DNA from: an uncultured Clostridia bacterium
Lineage (GTDB): Bacteria; Bacillota; Dehalobacteriia; UBA4068; CALXSR01
NCBI GenBank assembly: GCA_944391215.1
Contig: CALXSR010000030.1
Location: 11,002 to 75,001, forward strand
Reading direction: 5' to 3'
DNA: 64,000 nucleotides
Numbering within the stretch: the stretch's first letter is position 1; the number at the start of each line of letters is the position of its first letter. A model generated the notes under the pieces. The model saw only the letters and a list, made by a program, of their open reading frames with translations, was not told where the DNA came from and did no database searches. Positions 38,090-48,383 of this stretch are shown here, piece after piece. The position numbers and the translations under genes were made by a program.

Positions 38090-40255
38090 ATGAAAAATAT
38101 ATTTGGCGTTTTTTGGCGGGACTTAAAAAATATTTTAAAAAATCCAGTGGCTTTGATTGTGGCTATTGGTATTACCATTTTACCTTCTTTATATGCTTGG
38201 TTTAATATTGGCGCTAGCTGGGATCCATATGGCAATACCGATGGAGTGCAGGTAGCGGTGGCCAATACGGACGAAGGCTATGCCATTGAGGGAATCCATG
38301 TTAATATCGGCGATAAAGTAATAGAAAATTTAAAAGCCAACCGACAAATCGGTTGGCAATTTATGGATAAGGAAGAAGCCTTAGAATCCGTGCGAAGCGG
38401 AGAAAATTTTGCTGCAGTTGTCATTCCGCCAGATTTTAGCGAGAAAATGGCCAGTATTTTAACAACTGAGGTGCAAAGAGCGCAGATTGAGTATTATGTG
38501 AATGAGAAGAAAAATGCCATTGCGCCGAAAATTACTGATAAAGGGGTAGGGGTTATTCAGCAGCAAATTAGCCAAACCTTTATCCAGGCTTCTTCAGAAG
38601 TGCTTTTTTCCGTGGTGAGCAAAACGGATGAAGTATTGCAAAGCGGGAAGGGGAATTTTGTAGATAATGTAAAGGAAACCATGGATCGTGCTTTAACAGA
38701 TTTGGATGGTTTTCATGATACAATAGACGCTTTTATCAGTGGACTGGATGCGGTAGATGCTTTGGTTTTGGGGCTGAATGCGGCATTGCCCGATGCGGAT
38801 TACTTATTGATTACCGGTATGGATGGCATTCGCGATGGTAAGGATCTTCTTCATGCCACAGAGAAATTTTCCGATAAAACTTTGGATACCGTCGGCGATA
38901 TGTTAGATATTGCTGCCACTGCCGCCAGCAATATGGATGGTTCTTTGGGAGTACTATTTGCGAATTTATCTGATGATGTGGATCATATCGTGAATCGTTT
39001 AGGGAATATCAAAAATTCTGCCGAGAATATAATTTCTATCAATGACCATGTGGCGGCAAGCTTGAAAAATTTGAATGCGGCATTGCCGAAACCCTTAGTT
39101 GGAATAGATAAATTGGTGGAAGGATTATCTGGCCTAAGCGCAAAAGAAAAGGATTTGGTTAGCAATATAAACCGCGCGCAAAAAAGCTTAAAGGAAGCCG
39201 GAGAACTGCCGGATGAACTGCGCAAAGATTTGCGCCATGCGATGGAAGACGCCAAAGATAGTATGCAAAAACTGCGCGATACCTATCATGATGAGTTAGA
39301 AAGGCCGCTGGAAGATAATATTGATCAGTTATATACCAGTATGGATCAAATTTTATATCTTATGCAAGATGGCGTAAATGGCTTGAGCAATATTAAGAAT
39401 TCCTTGGCGATGATGAGCAATGTGTTAAGCAGTAGCCAAAATGCATTGCAAAGTACAGCTAAAGGATTGGAACGAACCCAGGATAAAATTTCCGATATGA
39501 AAGATCAGTTAGAGGAACTGCAAGGGGACGCTTTCCTGAGCAAATTAAACGATGTTCTAAATAATGATCCTTCTAGTATAGGCGATTTCATGTCGGAACC
39601 GGTGGATATTCATACCAATAAATTTTATCCTATTGCCAATTATGGGTCGGCGATGACCCCTTTTTACAGCATTTTGGCTATTTGGGTGGGCGCCCTTATT
39701 TTGGTGGCGATTGTGAAAACCAATGTGAAAGAAGACGAAACTTACCATGATTTAAAACCATATGAAACTTATTTCGGGCGTTATTTACTTTTCTTGTTTA
39801 TTGGTTTATTACAGGCCTTCATCATTTGTATGGGGGATTTGTTCCTCCTTAAAATTTATTGTGTGAATAAAGTGGCCTTCGTTTTAGTGGGCTTGTTGGC
39901 TAGCTTGGTGTTTACTAATATTGTGTATACCTTAACGCTTACCTTTAGTGATATTGGCAAGGCAGTCGCGGTGATTTTGTTGGTATTGCAGGTAGCCGGA
40001 GCTGGCGGGACTTTCCCAGTAGAGGTAATGCCTACTTTTTTCAAAATCATAAATCCGGTTTTACCGTTTACCTATGGGATTAACTGTATGCGGGAATGTG
40101 TTGGCGGTATTTATATGGCTAATTTCCGATTGGATATCCTTTATTTGTTGGTATTTTTAGGAATTTCCTTGTGTATTGCTTTGGTATTCCGTCGACCTTT
40201 GATGAAAGCAATGCATAAGTTTGAAGAAAAAATGGAAGATTCCGGTGTAATGTAA
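38090..40255 (+). CDS. YhgE/Pip-domain (phage-infection-protein-like) membrane protein
   Basis: 721 aa. The N-terminal segment WRDLKNILKNPVALIVAIGITILPSLYAWFNIGASWDPYGNT is the YhgE/Pip signature. Long extracellular coiled region and 5-6 C-terminal TM helices. Confidence 0.8.
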   Translation: MKNIFGVFWRDLKNILKNPVALIVAIGITILPSLYAWFNIGASWDPYGNTDGVQVAVANTDEGYAIEGIHVNIGDKVIENLKANRQIGWQFMDKEEALESVRSGENFAAVVIPPDFSEKMASILTTEVQRAQIEYYVNEKKNAIAPKITDKGVGVIQQQISQTFIQASSEVLFSVVSKTDEVLQSGKGNFVDNVKETMDRALTDLDGFHDTIDAFISGLDAVDALVLGLNAALPDADYLLITGMDGIRDGKDLLHATEKFSDKTLDTVGDMLDIAATAASNMDGSLGVLFANLSDDVDHIVNRLGNIKNSAENIISINDHVAASLKNLNAALPKPLVGIDKLVEGLSGLSAKEKDLVSNINRAQKSLKEAGELPDELRKDLRHAMEDAKDSMQKLRDTYHDELERPLEDNIDQLYTSMDQILYLMQDGVNGLSNIKNSLAMMSNVLSSSQNALQSTAKGLERTQDKISDMKDQLEELQGDAFLSKLNDVLNNDPSSIGDFMSEPVDIHTNKFYPIANYGSAMTPFYSILAIWVGALILVAIVKTNVKEDETYHDLKPYETYFGRYLLFLFIGLLQAFIICMGDLFLLKIYCVNKVAFVLVGLLASLVFTNIVYTLTLTFSDIGKAVAVILLVLQVAGAGGTFPVEVMPTFFKIINPVLPFTYGINCMRECVGGIYMANFRLDILYLLVFLGISLCIALVFRRPLMKAMHKFEEKMEDSGVM

Positions 40256-40263
40256 CTGGTTTT

Positions 40264-40285
40264 AACGGTAAATTTTACCGTTTTG
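40264..40285 (+). terminator. Rho-independent terminator after the YhgE/Pip gene
   Basis: aacggtaaattttaccgtttt. Confidence 0.5.
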
Positions 40286-40412
40286 CAGAAAATCGCAAAG
40301 ATAAAAACACAGTTCCGGTTGGTAGTCCGGACGCGGGTTTCCCTTTTACCCGTCAGTAACCTGCCTCCTAAGGTTGTCCGTTCTTTGCAAAAACAATTTT
40401 TAGGAGGAATGT
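40286..40412 (+). ncRNA. Candidate yjdF-type riboswitch/leader (translational control)
   Basis: A structured 5' leader (hairpins ccgg-ttggtagt-ccgg and gacgcgggtttcccttttacccgtc) lies directly upstream of a YjdF (DUF2992) homolog. The 8-nt anti-SD cctcctaa (about 40365-40372) is a perfect complement of ttaggagg (40400-40407), which contains the RBS. Confidence 0.5.
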
Positions 40413-40415
40413 CAT

Positions 40416-40823
40416 ATGACAAGGACGGTGACCGTAACTTTTGTAGAACCTTTTTGGGTGGGTATCATTGAACAAACGGATGGTGAGCGTTATCGGGTGG
40501 CTAAAATTGTTTTTGGCGCGGAGCCAAAAGATTACGAGGTATATGATTTTTTATTAAAAGCCGATAAGCGCCTGGTTTTTAGTCCTGCGGTGGAGGCGAA
40601 GCCGAAAAAAGTTGCTGGTAATCCCAAAAGAAAACAAAGGCAAATAGCACAAGTGATGCAGAAAAAAGGAATTTCCAGTAAAGCGCAAAAAGCCCTATCC
40701 GAAGCCAGAGAAGCACTGGCGCAAAAGAAAAAAGACGAACGAAAAACAAGAAAGGTAGAACTGCAAAAGCAGCGGTATCAATTCAGGCAAAAACAAAAAA
40801 AAGAAAAGAAAAAAGGGCATTAA
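40416..40823 (+). CDS. yjdF: YjdF-family protein (DUF2992)
   Basis: 135 aa. VTVTFVEPFWVGIIEQTDGERYRVAKIVFGAEPKDYEVYDF parallels B. subtilis YjdF (FTVYFDQLFWVGVIEETGDGKLKAGRYIFGSEPQDEEIMDF). Lys/Arg-rich C-terminal tail. Confidence 0.75.
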   Translation: MTRTVTVTFVEPFWVGIIEQTDGERYRVAKIVFGAEPKDYEVYDFLLKADKRLVFSPAVEAKPKKVAGNPKRKQRQIAQVMQKKGISSKAQKALSEAREALAQKKKDERKTRKVELQKQRYQFRQKQKKEKKKGH

Positions 40824-40857
40824 AAAAGCATATCCCAAATGGGATATGCTTTTTTTT
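40823..40857. terminator. Bidirectional terminator between yjdF and glnS
   Basis: aaaaagcatatcccaaatgggatatgctttttttt. Confidence 0.75.
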
Positions 40858-42541
40858 AAACAGATTCATTTTTCTTTTGTACTTTGGCCCAGGTATCTTT
40901 TAAAGATACGATACGGTTAAAAATCGGTTTTTCCGGACTGGAATCATAATCCGGAACAAAATAGCCAATCCGCAAAAACTGAAAATTTTGCGGAGCTTTT
41001 GCGTTTTGCAAGGAAGCTTCAATCCGTGCGTTTTGTTTTACCTGTAAAGAATTGGGATTTAAATTTTGGGTAAAATCTTCGCCGGGCGCAATATCATCCG
41101 GATTTTCTTTTGCAAACAGATGATCGTAAATACGAATTTCCGCCGGGATGCTTTCTTCCGCTTTTAGCCAATGGATGGTGGCTTTTACTTTCCGGCCGCT
41201 CTTGTCTTGTCCGCTTTTGGTATCCTTATCATAGGTGCAGTGCAATTCTAAAATATTGCCGTTTTCATCTTTTATCACTTCTTGACAATCGATGATATAG
41301 GCGCTTTTCAGGCGGACACTTTTGCCTGGCGATAGACGGTAATATTTGGGCGGTGGATTTTCCATAAAATCATCGCGTTCAATATAAATTTCACGGCCAA
41401 AGGGTACCTGCCGGCTGCCTTCCTCTGGTTTTTCCGGATTGTTTTCTACGGTAAGCATTTCGGTTTGATCTTCCGGATAATTGGTGATGACTACTTTAAT
41501 GGGATCTAAAACGGCAAAAACCCGGGAGGCGTTTTTATTTAAATCTTCGCGAATACAATGTTCTAGTAAACCGATATCCACCATACTGTTGGCTTTGGAA
41601 ACCCCAATCCGGTCGCAAAAATCACGAATAGCGCCTGGAGTATAGCCGCGCCGCCGCAAACCAGAAATGGTAGGCATGCGTGGATCGTCCCAGCCTGTAA
41701 CCAATTTATTTTCTACTAAATAACGCAATTTCCTTTTGCTCATTACGGTATGGGTTAAATTGAGTCGGGCAAATTCTATTTGTTGCGGCCCGTTTATGAT
41801 ACCACAATTTTCTAAAACCCAATCGTACAAAGGCCTGTGGTTTTCAAATTCCAGAGTGCAGATAGAATGGGTAATCCCTTCCATCGCATCCGATAGAGGG
41901 TGGGCAAAGTCATACATAGGATAAATACACCAGGAATCGCCCGTTCTATGATGATTGCTATATTGAATCCGGTATAAAACCGGGTCCCGCATATTATAAT
42001 TGGGAGAGGCCATGTCAATATTGGCCCGTAGTACTTTTTCGCCTTCTTGAAATTTGCCATTGCGCATATCTTGAAAGAGTTGCAGGTTTTCTTCTACGCT
42101 GCGGTTGCGGCAGGGACAATTTCGCCCTGGTTCTGTTAAACTGCCACGGTATTCTTTCATTTCTTCCGGATTTAAATCGCAAACATGCGCTTTGCCGTCT
42201 TGAATCAGTTTTACGGCATATTGATATAATTGTTCAAAATAGTTGGAGGCATAGTACATTCTGTCCTGCCAGTCAAAACCCAGCCAGTGAATATCTTCTT
42301 GAATGGATTCGACAAATTCTGTTTCCTCTTTCATGGGGTTGGTATCGTCGAAGCGCAAATTACACAAGCCGTGATATTTTTCTGCGGTGCTAAAATTTAA
42401 ACAAATGGCTTTGGCATGTCCAATATGCAAATAGCCATTGGGTTCTGGCGGGAAGCGGGTATGCACTTTTTGCTGGTATTTATTTGTTTCCAAATCATGA
42501 TTGATAATGGCGTGGACAAAATTAGTACTTTCTTCTGCCAT
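40856..42541 (-). CDS. glnS: Glutamine--tRNA ligase
   Basis: HIGH motif ([12 protein letters not shown]), VMSKR (KMSKS variant), and GlnRS-type anticodon-binding beta-barrels. About 561 aa from the ATG at 42541 after taggaggg. Confidence 0.9.
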   Translation of the reverse strand: MAEESTNFVHAIINHDLETNKYQQKVHTRFPPEPNGYLHIGHAKAICLNFSTAEKYHGLCNLRFDDTNPMKEETEFVESIQEDIHWLGFDWQDRMYYASNYFEQLYQYAVKLIQDGKAHVCDLNPEEMKEYRGSLTEPGRNCPCRNRSVEENLQLFQDMRNGKFQEGEKVLRANIDMASPNYNMRDPVLYRIQYSNHHRTGDSWCIYPMYDFAHPLSDAMEGITHSICTLEFENHRPLYDWVLENCGIINGPQQIEFARLNLTHTVMSKRKLRYLVENKLVTGWDDPRMPTISGLRRRGYTPGAIRDFCDRIGVSKANSMVDIGLLEHCIREDLNKNASRVFAVLDPIKVVITNYPEDQTEMLTVENNPEKPEEGSRQVPFGREIYIERDDFMENPPPKYYRLSPGKSVRLKSAYIIDCQEVIKDENGNILELHCTYDKDTKSGQDKSGRKVKATIHWLKAEESIPAEIRIYDHLFAKENPDDIAPGEDFTQNLNPNSLQVKQNARIEASLQNAKAPQNFQFLRIGYFVPDYDSSPEKPIFNRIVSLKDTWAKVQKKNESV

Positions 42542-42637
42542 GTTGAATTCCCTCCTAAAGAAATAACATCCAAATATATGTATTTTACTATAAGGCATGG
42601 ATATAGTCAAGAAAGGGCAGTAAAAAGCATGTTTTTT

Positions 42638-43834
42638 CTAAAAAAGAAAGACGAGGGCAATCGATAGAATCAGAGGGATCAGTAAGTATGGGAAAAGCTT
42701 TTTCAATAAGTCAATCATGGAAACGCCGAAATAATCGCAACTAATTGTAAAACAAGGATGCGTGGGGCTAAGCATGGAGGCGGTATAACCAGCTACCACA
42801 ATCCCAGCCAAAAGCGGAATGGAAAGAGGCGTTCCCAAAGCGGCAACCGCAATGGGTAAAGTGATTGCCAAACTGGGTAAGCTCATACCGGTTAGTAATG
42901 AAATACAAAAGGCGATTAAAATAAAAATAATTTCTTCCGCAATAGGTAGGCCGCTGATCAAAGGAATTAAACCGTCGATGGCCGGGGATGCGTTTAGTAC
43001 TTCTTTAAAAACCATAATAAGCCATACGGAAAGCAAAAGAGGCCATTTGATGGATTCCTTTAAAGCGATTATATTTTTGATGGAATAACGGTGATAAAGC
43101 AACATTACTAGAATGATCAAAAGGATGGCCAGATATACCTTAACCTGTAAAACTAAAATGAGCAACATCATGGCGACAATGGGTAAGGTGCCGATAAAAA
43201 AATCCCGCCAATCTTGTTTTTTGGCTCTTTTTTCTGTTACTTCCATATGATTCGGCACTTTTTTTAAAGCCGGTAAACCCAATAAAATAATCAATAAGGA
43301 AAAAGGAAGCATGGCCAAAATAAAAGTGTTTAAAGAAAGGCCGGATAATTGAATGGCAATTAAAACACCTGGAAAAGTTGGTAAGGATACTTCCCAAACA
43401 TGGCGATAGTAATAATTGCAAAACGCCTGATCGATAGGAGCTACTTGAACGCCTCGGCAGGCTTCTTCCACCATGGGGGCGGAAAAAACGGCGCCGCCGG
43501 CCGACGGAATGAGACCAATAAAAGCGGGAATAGCGGCAATGGTTAAACGCCTACTATGGAATAGACCGGATAAAGAAGAAAGTAATCTGCTGCGGTAGCC
43601 TTGCTCATTAAATATTTTTTCTAAGAACATAATGAATACAATGGCCAGAACAAATTCGATGGTGTCCGCGTCTATGAAACCATGATAAACCGAAAGCAAA
43701 AATTGTGGGAGGGGAATAGTGTAAAAAAGCCCTAAAAGACCAATGGCAACTAACATGGCAACAGCCAATTGCTGTTTGCGTATCAATAAAAATAAAATGA
43801 CTAGAAAGATGATTATGAGTTTTATACCGTCCAT
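42638..43834 (-). CDS. Polytopic membrane transporter (ion-transporter superfamily; possibly DUF401-type)
   Basis: 398 aa with about 10-12 TM helices and internal repeats containing GLIPSAGG. Family assignment is tentative. Immediately upstream of glnS on the same strand. Confidence 0.4.
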   Translation of the reverse strand: MDGIKLIIIFLVILFLLIRKQQLAVAMLVAIGLLGLFYTIPLPQFLLSVYHGFIDADTIEFVLAIVFIMFLEKIFNEQGYRSRLLSSLSGLFHSRRLTIAAIPAFIGLIPSAGGAVFSAPMVEEACRGVQVAPIDQAFCNYYYRHVWEVSLPTFPGVLIAIQLSGLSLNTFILAMLPFSLLIILLGLPALKKVPNHMEVTEKRAKKQDWRDFFIGTLPIVAMMLLILVLQVKVYLAILLIILVMLLYHRYSIKNIIALKESIKWPLLLSVWLIMVFKEVLNASPAIDGLIPLISGLPIAEEIIFILIAFCISLLTGMSLPSLAITLPIAVAALGTPLSIPLLAGIVVAGYTASMLSPTHPCFTISCDYFGVSMIDLLKKLFPYLLIPLILSIALVFLF

Positions 43835-43988
43835 AATATCATCCTCTCAGGAAGAATGGAGTATCTTCTTCTTATGGTACTCAATTTTGACAAAAATTGC
43901 AAGCAGCAGTTCGCTTTATCTGCGCTTTTGCAGGATATTTTCTCCATTTGCCGAATAAAAAAAGAAATACCTTTGAAGGAGGTTGCTT

Positions 43989-45320
43989 ATGAATTATACA
44001 GCGGAAGAAATTTTAAGCTATGCAAAAAATCAAGGGGTACATTTTGTACGCTTGCAATTTACTGATATTTTTGGCGTTTTAAAAAACGTTGCCATTAGCA
44101 GCAATTTATTGGGGAAGGCTTTACAGGGAGAAATGATGTTTGACGGTTCCTCGATAGACGGTTTTGTTCGAATTGAGGAAAGCGATATGTACTTAAGACC
44201 GGATTTATCCTCGTGGAATATTTTCCCTTGGAAAATGGGCAACCACGGTGCAGTTGCTCGTTTGATTTGCGATGTGTATAATCCGGATGGTACGCCTTTT
44301 CATGGCGATCCGCGGAATATTTTGAAGAAGCAGTTGCAGAAGGCATTGGATATGGGCTATACCATGAATGTGGGACCGGAAGCGGAATTTTTTATGTTTC
44401 ATACCGATGAAGAAGGAAAGCCCACTTTAAAAACACATGATAGAGCCAGTTATTTTGATTTGGCTCCTGTTGATTTGGGGGAAGAAGCAAGACGCGATAT
44501 GGTGCTGACTTTAGAAGAAATGGGGTTTGAAATAGAAGCCTGCCATCATGAAGTAGCGCCTGGACAGCATGAAATCGATTTTAAATATGCCGATGCTTTG
44601 CATGCCGCCGACCACGTGCAAACATTTAAATTGGTGGTGCGTACCATTGCCCAGCAACACGGACTGCACGCCACCTTTATGCCCAAGCCGATTTATGGGA
44701 TTGCCGGTTCCGGGATGCATGTCAATCAATCCTTGTTTAAAGATGGGAAAAATGCTTTTTATGATATTGCCGGAAAAGATCAACTTTCCAAAGAGGCTTA
44801 TTGGTATATTGGCGGTTTGTTAAAACATGCTAAAGCTATTTCGGCTATTACCAATCCTACGGTGAATTCTTATAAAAGATTGGTGCCGGATTATGAGGCG
44901 CCTGTTTATATTGCTTGGTCGGAGAAAAATCGTAGCCCTTTGATTCGGATTCCGGCCAAACGGGGCAGTTCTACCCGCGTAGAATTGCGCAACCCGGATC
45001 CTACTTGTAACCCCTATTTGGCTTTTGCCGTGATGTTAGCGGCTGGTTTGGATGGGATTGCCAATCAAATAGAACCGCCGGCGGCGATTGATACCAATAT
45101 TTATACCATGAGTGCAGAAGAAAAGAAGAAGAATGGTTTGCAAACTTTGCCGAGTAGTTTAAAAGAAGCTTTGGAAGAGTTAGCCAAAGACGAGGTTATT
45201 CAAGAAGCAATTGGACCGCATATTTATCAAAGATTGTTGGCGGCCAAAAAATTAGAATGGAATGAGTATCGACAACAAGTTAGTCCTTGGGAAGTGGAAC
45301 ATTATTTAGCGAAATATTAA
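43989..45320 (+). CDS. glnA: Glutamine synthetase type I
   Basis: [10 protein letters not shown]...GSSIDGF N-terminal beta-grasp, catalytic and ATP-binding regions ([23 protein letters not shown]). Start at ATG 43989 after gaaggagg. Confidence 0.95.
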   Translation: MNYTAEEILSYAKNQGVHFVRLQFTDIFGVLKNVAISSNLLGKALQGEMMFDGSSIDGFVRIEESDMYLRPDLSSWNIFPWKMGNHGAVARLICDVYNPDGTPFHGDPRNILKKQLQKALDMGYTMNVGPEAEFFMFHTDEEGKPTLKTHDRASYFDLAPVDLGEEARRDMVLTLEEMGFEIEACHHEVAPGQHEIDFKYADALHAADHVQTFKLVVRTIAQQHGLHATFMPKPIYGIAGSGMHVNQSLFKDGKNAFYDIAGKDQLSKEAYWYIGGLLKHAKAISAITNPTVNSYKRLVPDYEAPVYIAWSEKNRSPLIRIPAKRGSSTRVELRNPDPTCNPYLAFAVMLAAGLDGIANQIEPPAAIDTNIYTMSAEEKKKNGLQTLPSSLKEALEELAKDEVIQEAIGPHIYQRLLAAKKLEWNEYRQQVSPWEVEHYLAKY

Positions 45321-45390
45321 GATTGATGGGAATAAGGATAGCCTGCAAAGTATAAATAATAAAGAATGCAGGAATGGAGGGATGATAACC

Positions 45391-46224
45391 ATGAAATTTA
45401 CGAAAATGCATGGTTTGGGCAACGACTTTATTATGGTAAATGGCTTTAAGGAGCAGTTACCAAATGATTTACCAGCTTTGGCGCAAAAATTATGTGATCG
45501 TCACTTTGGGATTGGAGCCGATGGGCTTTTGCTTTTAACGCCGCATGAAGACGCCGCTTTTCGGATGTCCTTGTATAATGCCGATGGTTCGCAGGCCGAA
45601 ATGTGCGGAAATGGTTCTTGTTGCTCGGCAATTTTTGCTAGGGAACAAAGAATTGTGCGGAAAAGCAGTTTTGTTATGCAAACTTTGGCTGGCCCGATTG
45701 GTTTGGAATTGGTGGATTTACCAGACGGAACGCCAGGCGTTAAGGTGGATATGGGGGAACCGCGCTTAGAGGCGCATCAAGTTCCCGCAGCTGGGCATGG
45801 GCGTATTGTGAATCAGCCTATGGATATTGATGGGCAAACATGGCATTATACGGCGGTTTCGATGGGTAATCCGCATTGCGTTTTTTTTGTTCCTAGCGCG
45901 GAAGACGCTCCAGTGCTTACGGTCGGGCCGATTGTAGAAAATAATACGACATTATTCCCGAAAAAAGTAAATGTAGAATTTGCCCAAATTTTATCGGCGA
46001 ATGAAATTCGTATGCGGGTTTGGGAACGCGGCTGTGGCGAAACAATGGCTTGCGGGACAGGAGCCTGCGCTACTACAGTGGCCGCTTTCTTAAACAATTT
46101 TACGCAAAGGCAAGTAACCGTGCATTTACAAGGCGGCGATTTGCAAATTGAATGGGCTTTGGATAACCATGTATACATGGTTGGCCGCGGGATAAAAGTC
46201 TATACAGGGGAATGCGATATATAG
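45391..46224 (+). CDS. dapF: Diaminopimelate epimerase
   Basis: [12 protein letters not shown]-terminus. Two catalytic Cys contexts (MCGNG and CGTGA). Confidence 0.9.
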   Translation: MKFTKMHGLGNDFIMVNGFKEQLPNDLPALAQKLCDRHFGIGADGLLLLTPHEDAAFRMSLYNADGSQAEMCGNGSCCSAIFAREQRIVRKSSFVMQTLAGPIGLELVDLPDGTPGVKVDMGEPRLEAHQVPAAGHGRIVNQPMDIDGQTWHYTAVSMGNPHCVFFVPSAEDAPVLTVGPIVENNTTLFPKKVNVEFAQILSANEIRMRVWERGCGETMACGTGACATTVAAFLNNFTQRQVTVHLQGGDLQIEWALDNHVYMVGRGIKVYTGECDI

Positions 46225-46264
46225 TATAATGAAGAGTAATCTTTATCCTAAAGGAGGCCAAACC

Positions 46265-47446
46265 ATGAAAAAAGAAGCAAAAAGAGTGCAAGCCATCCCA
46301 CCTTATTTATTTGCGCGGATTGAAAAGAAAATAGAAGAGGCCAAAGAAAAGGGCGTGGATATCATCAGTTTGGGTATTGGCGATCCCGATCAACCAACGC
46401 CTGATTTTGTGATAGAAAAGGCGCAGGAAGAAATGCATAATAGGGCAAACCATCAGTATCCTTCTTCCGTGGGTATGCTTTCTTGTCGCAAAGCCATTGC
46501 CGATTGGTATCAAAAACGTTTTCAAGTTACCCTGGACCCCAAGACAGAGGTTTGCGTTTTAATTGGTTCCAAAGAAGGAATTGCCAATATCAATTATTGT
46601 TATGTTGATCCTGGTGATATCAATTTGGTGCCGGATCCAGCTTATCCCGTTTACAGTATTGGTACCATGTTGGCGGGCGGCGAAAATTATTATATGCCTT
46701 TAAAGGAAGAAAACGGTTTTTTACCGGATTTACAGGCGATTCCGGAGGAAATTGCCAAAAAGGCGAAAATTCTTTGGATTAACTATCCAAATAATCCTAC
46801 CGGCGCTATTGTGAAACCTGGTTTTTTTGCCGAAGTGGTTGCTTTTGCCAAAAAGTATGATCTTTTAGTATGTCATGACAACGCTTATTCGGAAATGGCT
46901 TATGATGGTTATTTACCGCCTAGCTTTTTAGAAACGCCAGGGGCAAAAGACGTCGGGATTGAATTTAATTCTGCTTCTAAACCGTTTAATATGACTGGCT
47001 GGCGTTTGGGCTATGCGGTAGGGAATAAAGAAGTAATTTCCACATTGGCCCGCTATAAATCGAATGTAGATTCTGGCGCTTTTCAAGCCATTCAGTACGC
47101 GGTAGCGGAAGCTTTAACCGATCCGAAAGGGCAGGAAGCTATTGAACACATGAAACATATTTATGAAGAACGTCGCAATGTTTTGGTAGGCGGACTAAAT
47201 CAATTAGGTTGGAGTTTGCCTATCCCCAAAGCAACGTTTTATGTGTGGGCGCCGGTACCAAAAGGCTATACCGGGGAATCTTTTGCTGAAGCTCTATTAG
47301 AAAAAGCGGGCGTTATTATTACTCCGGGGGCTGGTTATGGGCCGAATGGCGACGGTTATTTCCGCGCTTCTTTAACCATTGAAAAAGAAAGAATGCAAGA
47401 AGCCATCGATCGTATAAAAAAAGCTTTTGGTAAATTTGAATTTTAA
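46265..47446 (+). CDS. dapL: LL-diaminopimelate aminotransferase (DapL-type class I aminotransferase)
   Basis: About 393 aa. N-terminus [36 protein letters not shown] is typical of DapL. PLP-lysine context [12 protein letters not shown]. Adjacent to dapF. Confidence 0.75.
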   Translation: MKKEAKRVQAIPPYLFARIEKKIEEAKEKGVDIISLGIGDPDQPTPDFVIEKAQEEMHNRANHQYPSSVGMLSCRKAIADWYQKRFQVTLDPKTEVCVLIGSKEGIANINYCYVDPGDINLVPDPAYPVYSIGTMLAGGENYYMPLKEENGFLPDLQAIPEEIAKKAKILWINYPNNPTGAIVKPGFFAEVVAFAKKYDLLVCHDNAYSEMAYDGYLPPSFLETPGAKDVGIEFNSASKPFNMTGWRLGYAVGNKEVISTLARYKSNVDSGAFQAIQYAVAEALTDPKGQEAIEHMKHIYEERRNVLVGGLNQLGWSLPIPKATFYVWAPVPKGYTGESFAEALLEKAGVIITPGAGYGPNGDGYFRASLTIEKERMQEAIDRIKKAFGKFEF

Positions 47447-47464
47447 TTTAAATAAAATATAAAT

Positions 47465-47495
47465 AAAAAAGCGGTAATTCATTACCGCTTTTTTT
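47465..47495. terminator. Bidirectional terminator
   Basis: aaaaaagcggtaattcattaccgcttttttt. Confidence 0.7.
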
Positions 47496-47550
47496 ATGCC
47501 TATATGCGTAGGGAAACAGTGTATTTTTCGCATGGTTTTTATGTTATGTT

Positions 47551-48366
47551 TTAATAGGGTTTGGTTATAAGCCCATAGGTATCAGGACGGCGATCTTGTA
47601 ATAACGTATAATATTGATGCCGCAAACGGGCGCTTTCCTGCAAATCAACTTCCGCGTACACCAAACTTTCGATATGATTATTACAAGCGGCTAGTTCTTG
47701 GCCGGTGGCATTTAGTATTTTACTATGTCCGAAAAAGGATATTGTTTTGTCCTGGCCAACTCGGTTACAACCAATTAAAGGCAAGACATTATCAAAAGCG
47801 CGAGCGGTTGTTACCAAATCCCAATCGCGGCTGTATGGTGCTTCCCAATTGGTAGGAACTATCAATAAATCTGCTCCTTGCAATGCATAGCTTCTGGCAA
47901 CTTCAGGAAAAGCGGTATCCCAGCAAATAAAAATACCTACTTTCCCAAAGTCGGTTTCAATAATCGGATAAGTACAGCCGGCTCGGCACCAATCATTCTC
48001 TATGCCAAAAGGATGGACTTTGCGGTAACAGCCCAGCTGTTTTCCCTCGCGGTTGAGGAATAAAGCGGAGTTATATAAAACTCCTTTTAAAACGGTATCC
48101 TTTTCTGCAAAACCATAGACAATATTCACTTGATACCGTTTGGCAATCGCGGCTATTTTTTGTGCGCTGGGACCATCTGCTGTTTCGGCCCATAAGAAAA
48201 AGCTTTCTCGGTTCCCTTCATAGCCGGTGGTGGCCAGTTCCGGGAAAACCAATAAATCTAAACCAGGATAGGTTTGCGTGGCTTCTTTGGCATATTGCTC
48301 TATTTTAGCTAAATTTTGTTCTTTTTGCCCTAATAAACAATCGATTTGTGCGCAACATAGTTTCAT
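47551..48366 (-). CDS. Stand-alone carbon-nitrogen hydrolase (nitrilase superfamily) with an intact Glu-Lys-Cys triad
   Basis: 271 aa. Catalytic triad contexts VFPELATTGY (Glu), YRKVHPF (Lys), FICWDTAFPE (Cys). Lies 17 nt downstream of nadE on the same strand. Confidence 0.8.
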   Translation of the reverse strand: MKLCCAQIDCLLGQKEQNLAKIEQYAKEATQTYPGLDLLVFPELATTGYEGNRESFFLWAETADGPSAQKIAAIAKRYQVNIVYGFAEKDTVLKGVLYNSALFLNREGKQLGCYRKVHPFGIENDWCRAGCTYPIIETDFGKVGIFICWDTAFPEVARSYALQGADLLIVPTNWEAPYSRDWDLVTTARAFDNVLPLIGCNRVGQDKTISFFGHSKILNATGQELAACNNHIESLVYAEVDLQESARLRHQYYTLLQDRRPDTYGLITKPY

Positions 48367-48383
48367 GGACTCACCTGCTTTAT

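Noticed and set aside
40283-40471. 62-aa + strand ORF overlapping the yjdF leader and start
   Set aside because: It is in a different frame from yjdF, begins inside the structured leader, and has no RBS. The leader is better explained as regulatory RNA.
43835-43988. GlnR/TnrA operator (TGTNAN7TNACA) upstream of glnA
   Set aside because: No convincing match to the consensus was found by eye. Left unannotated.
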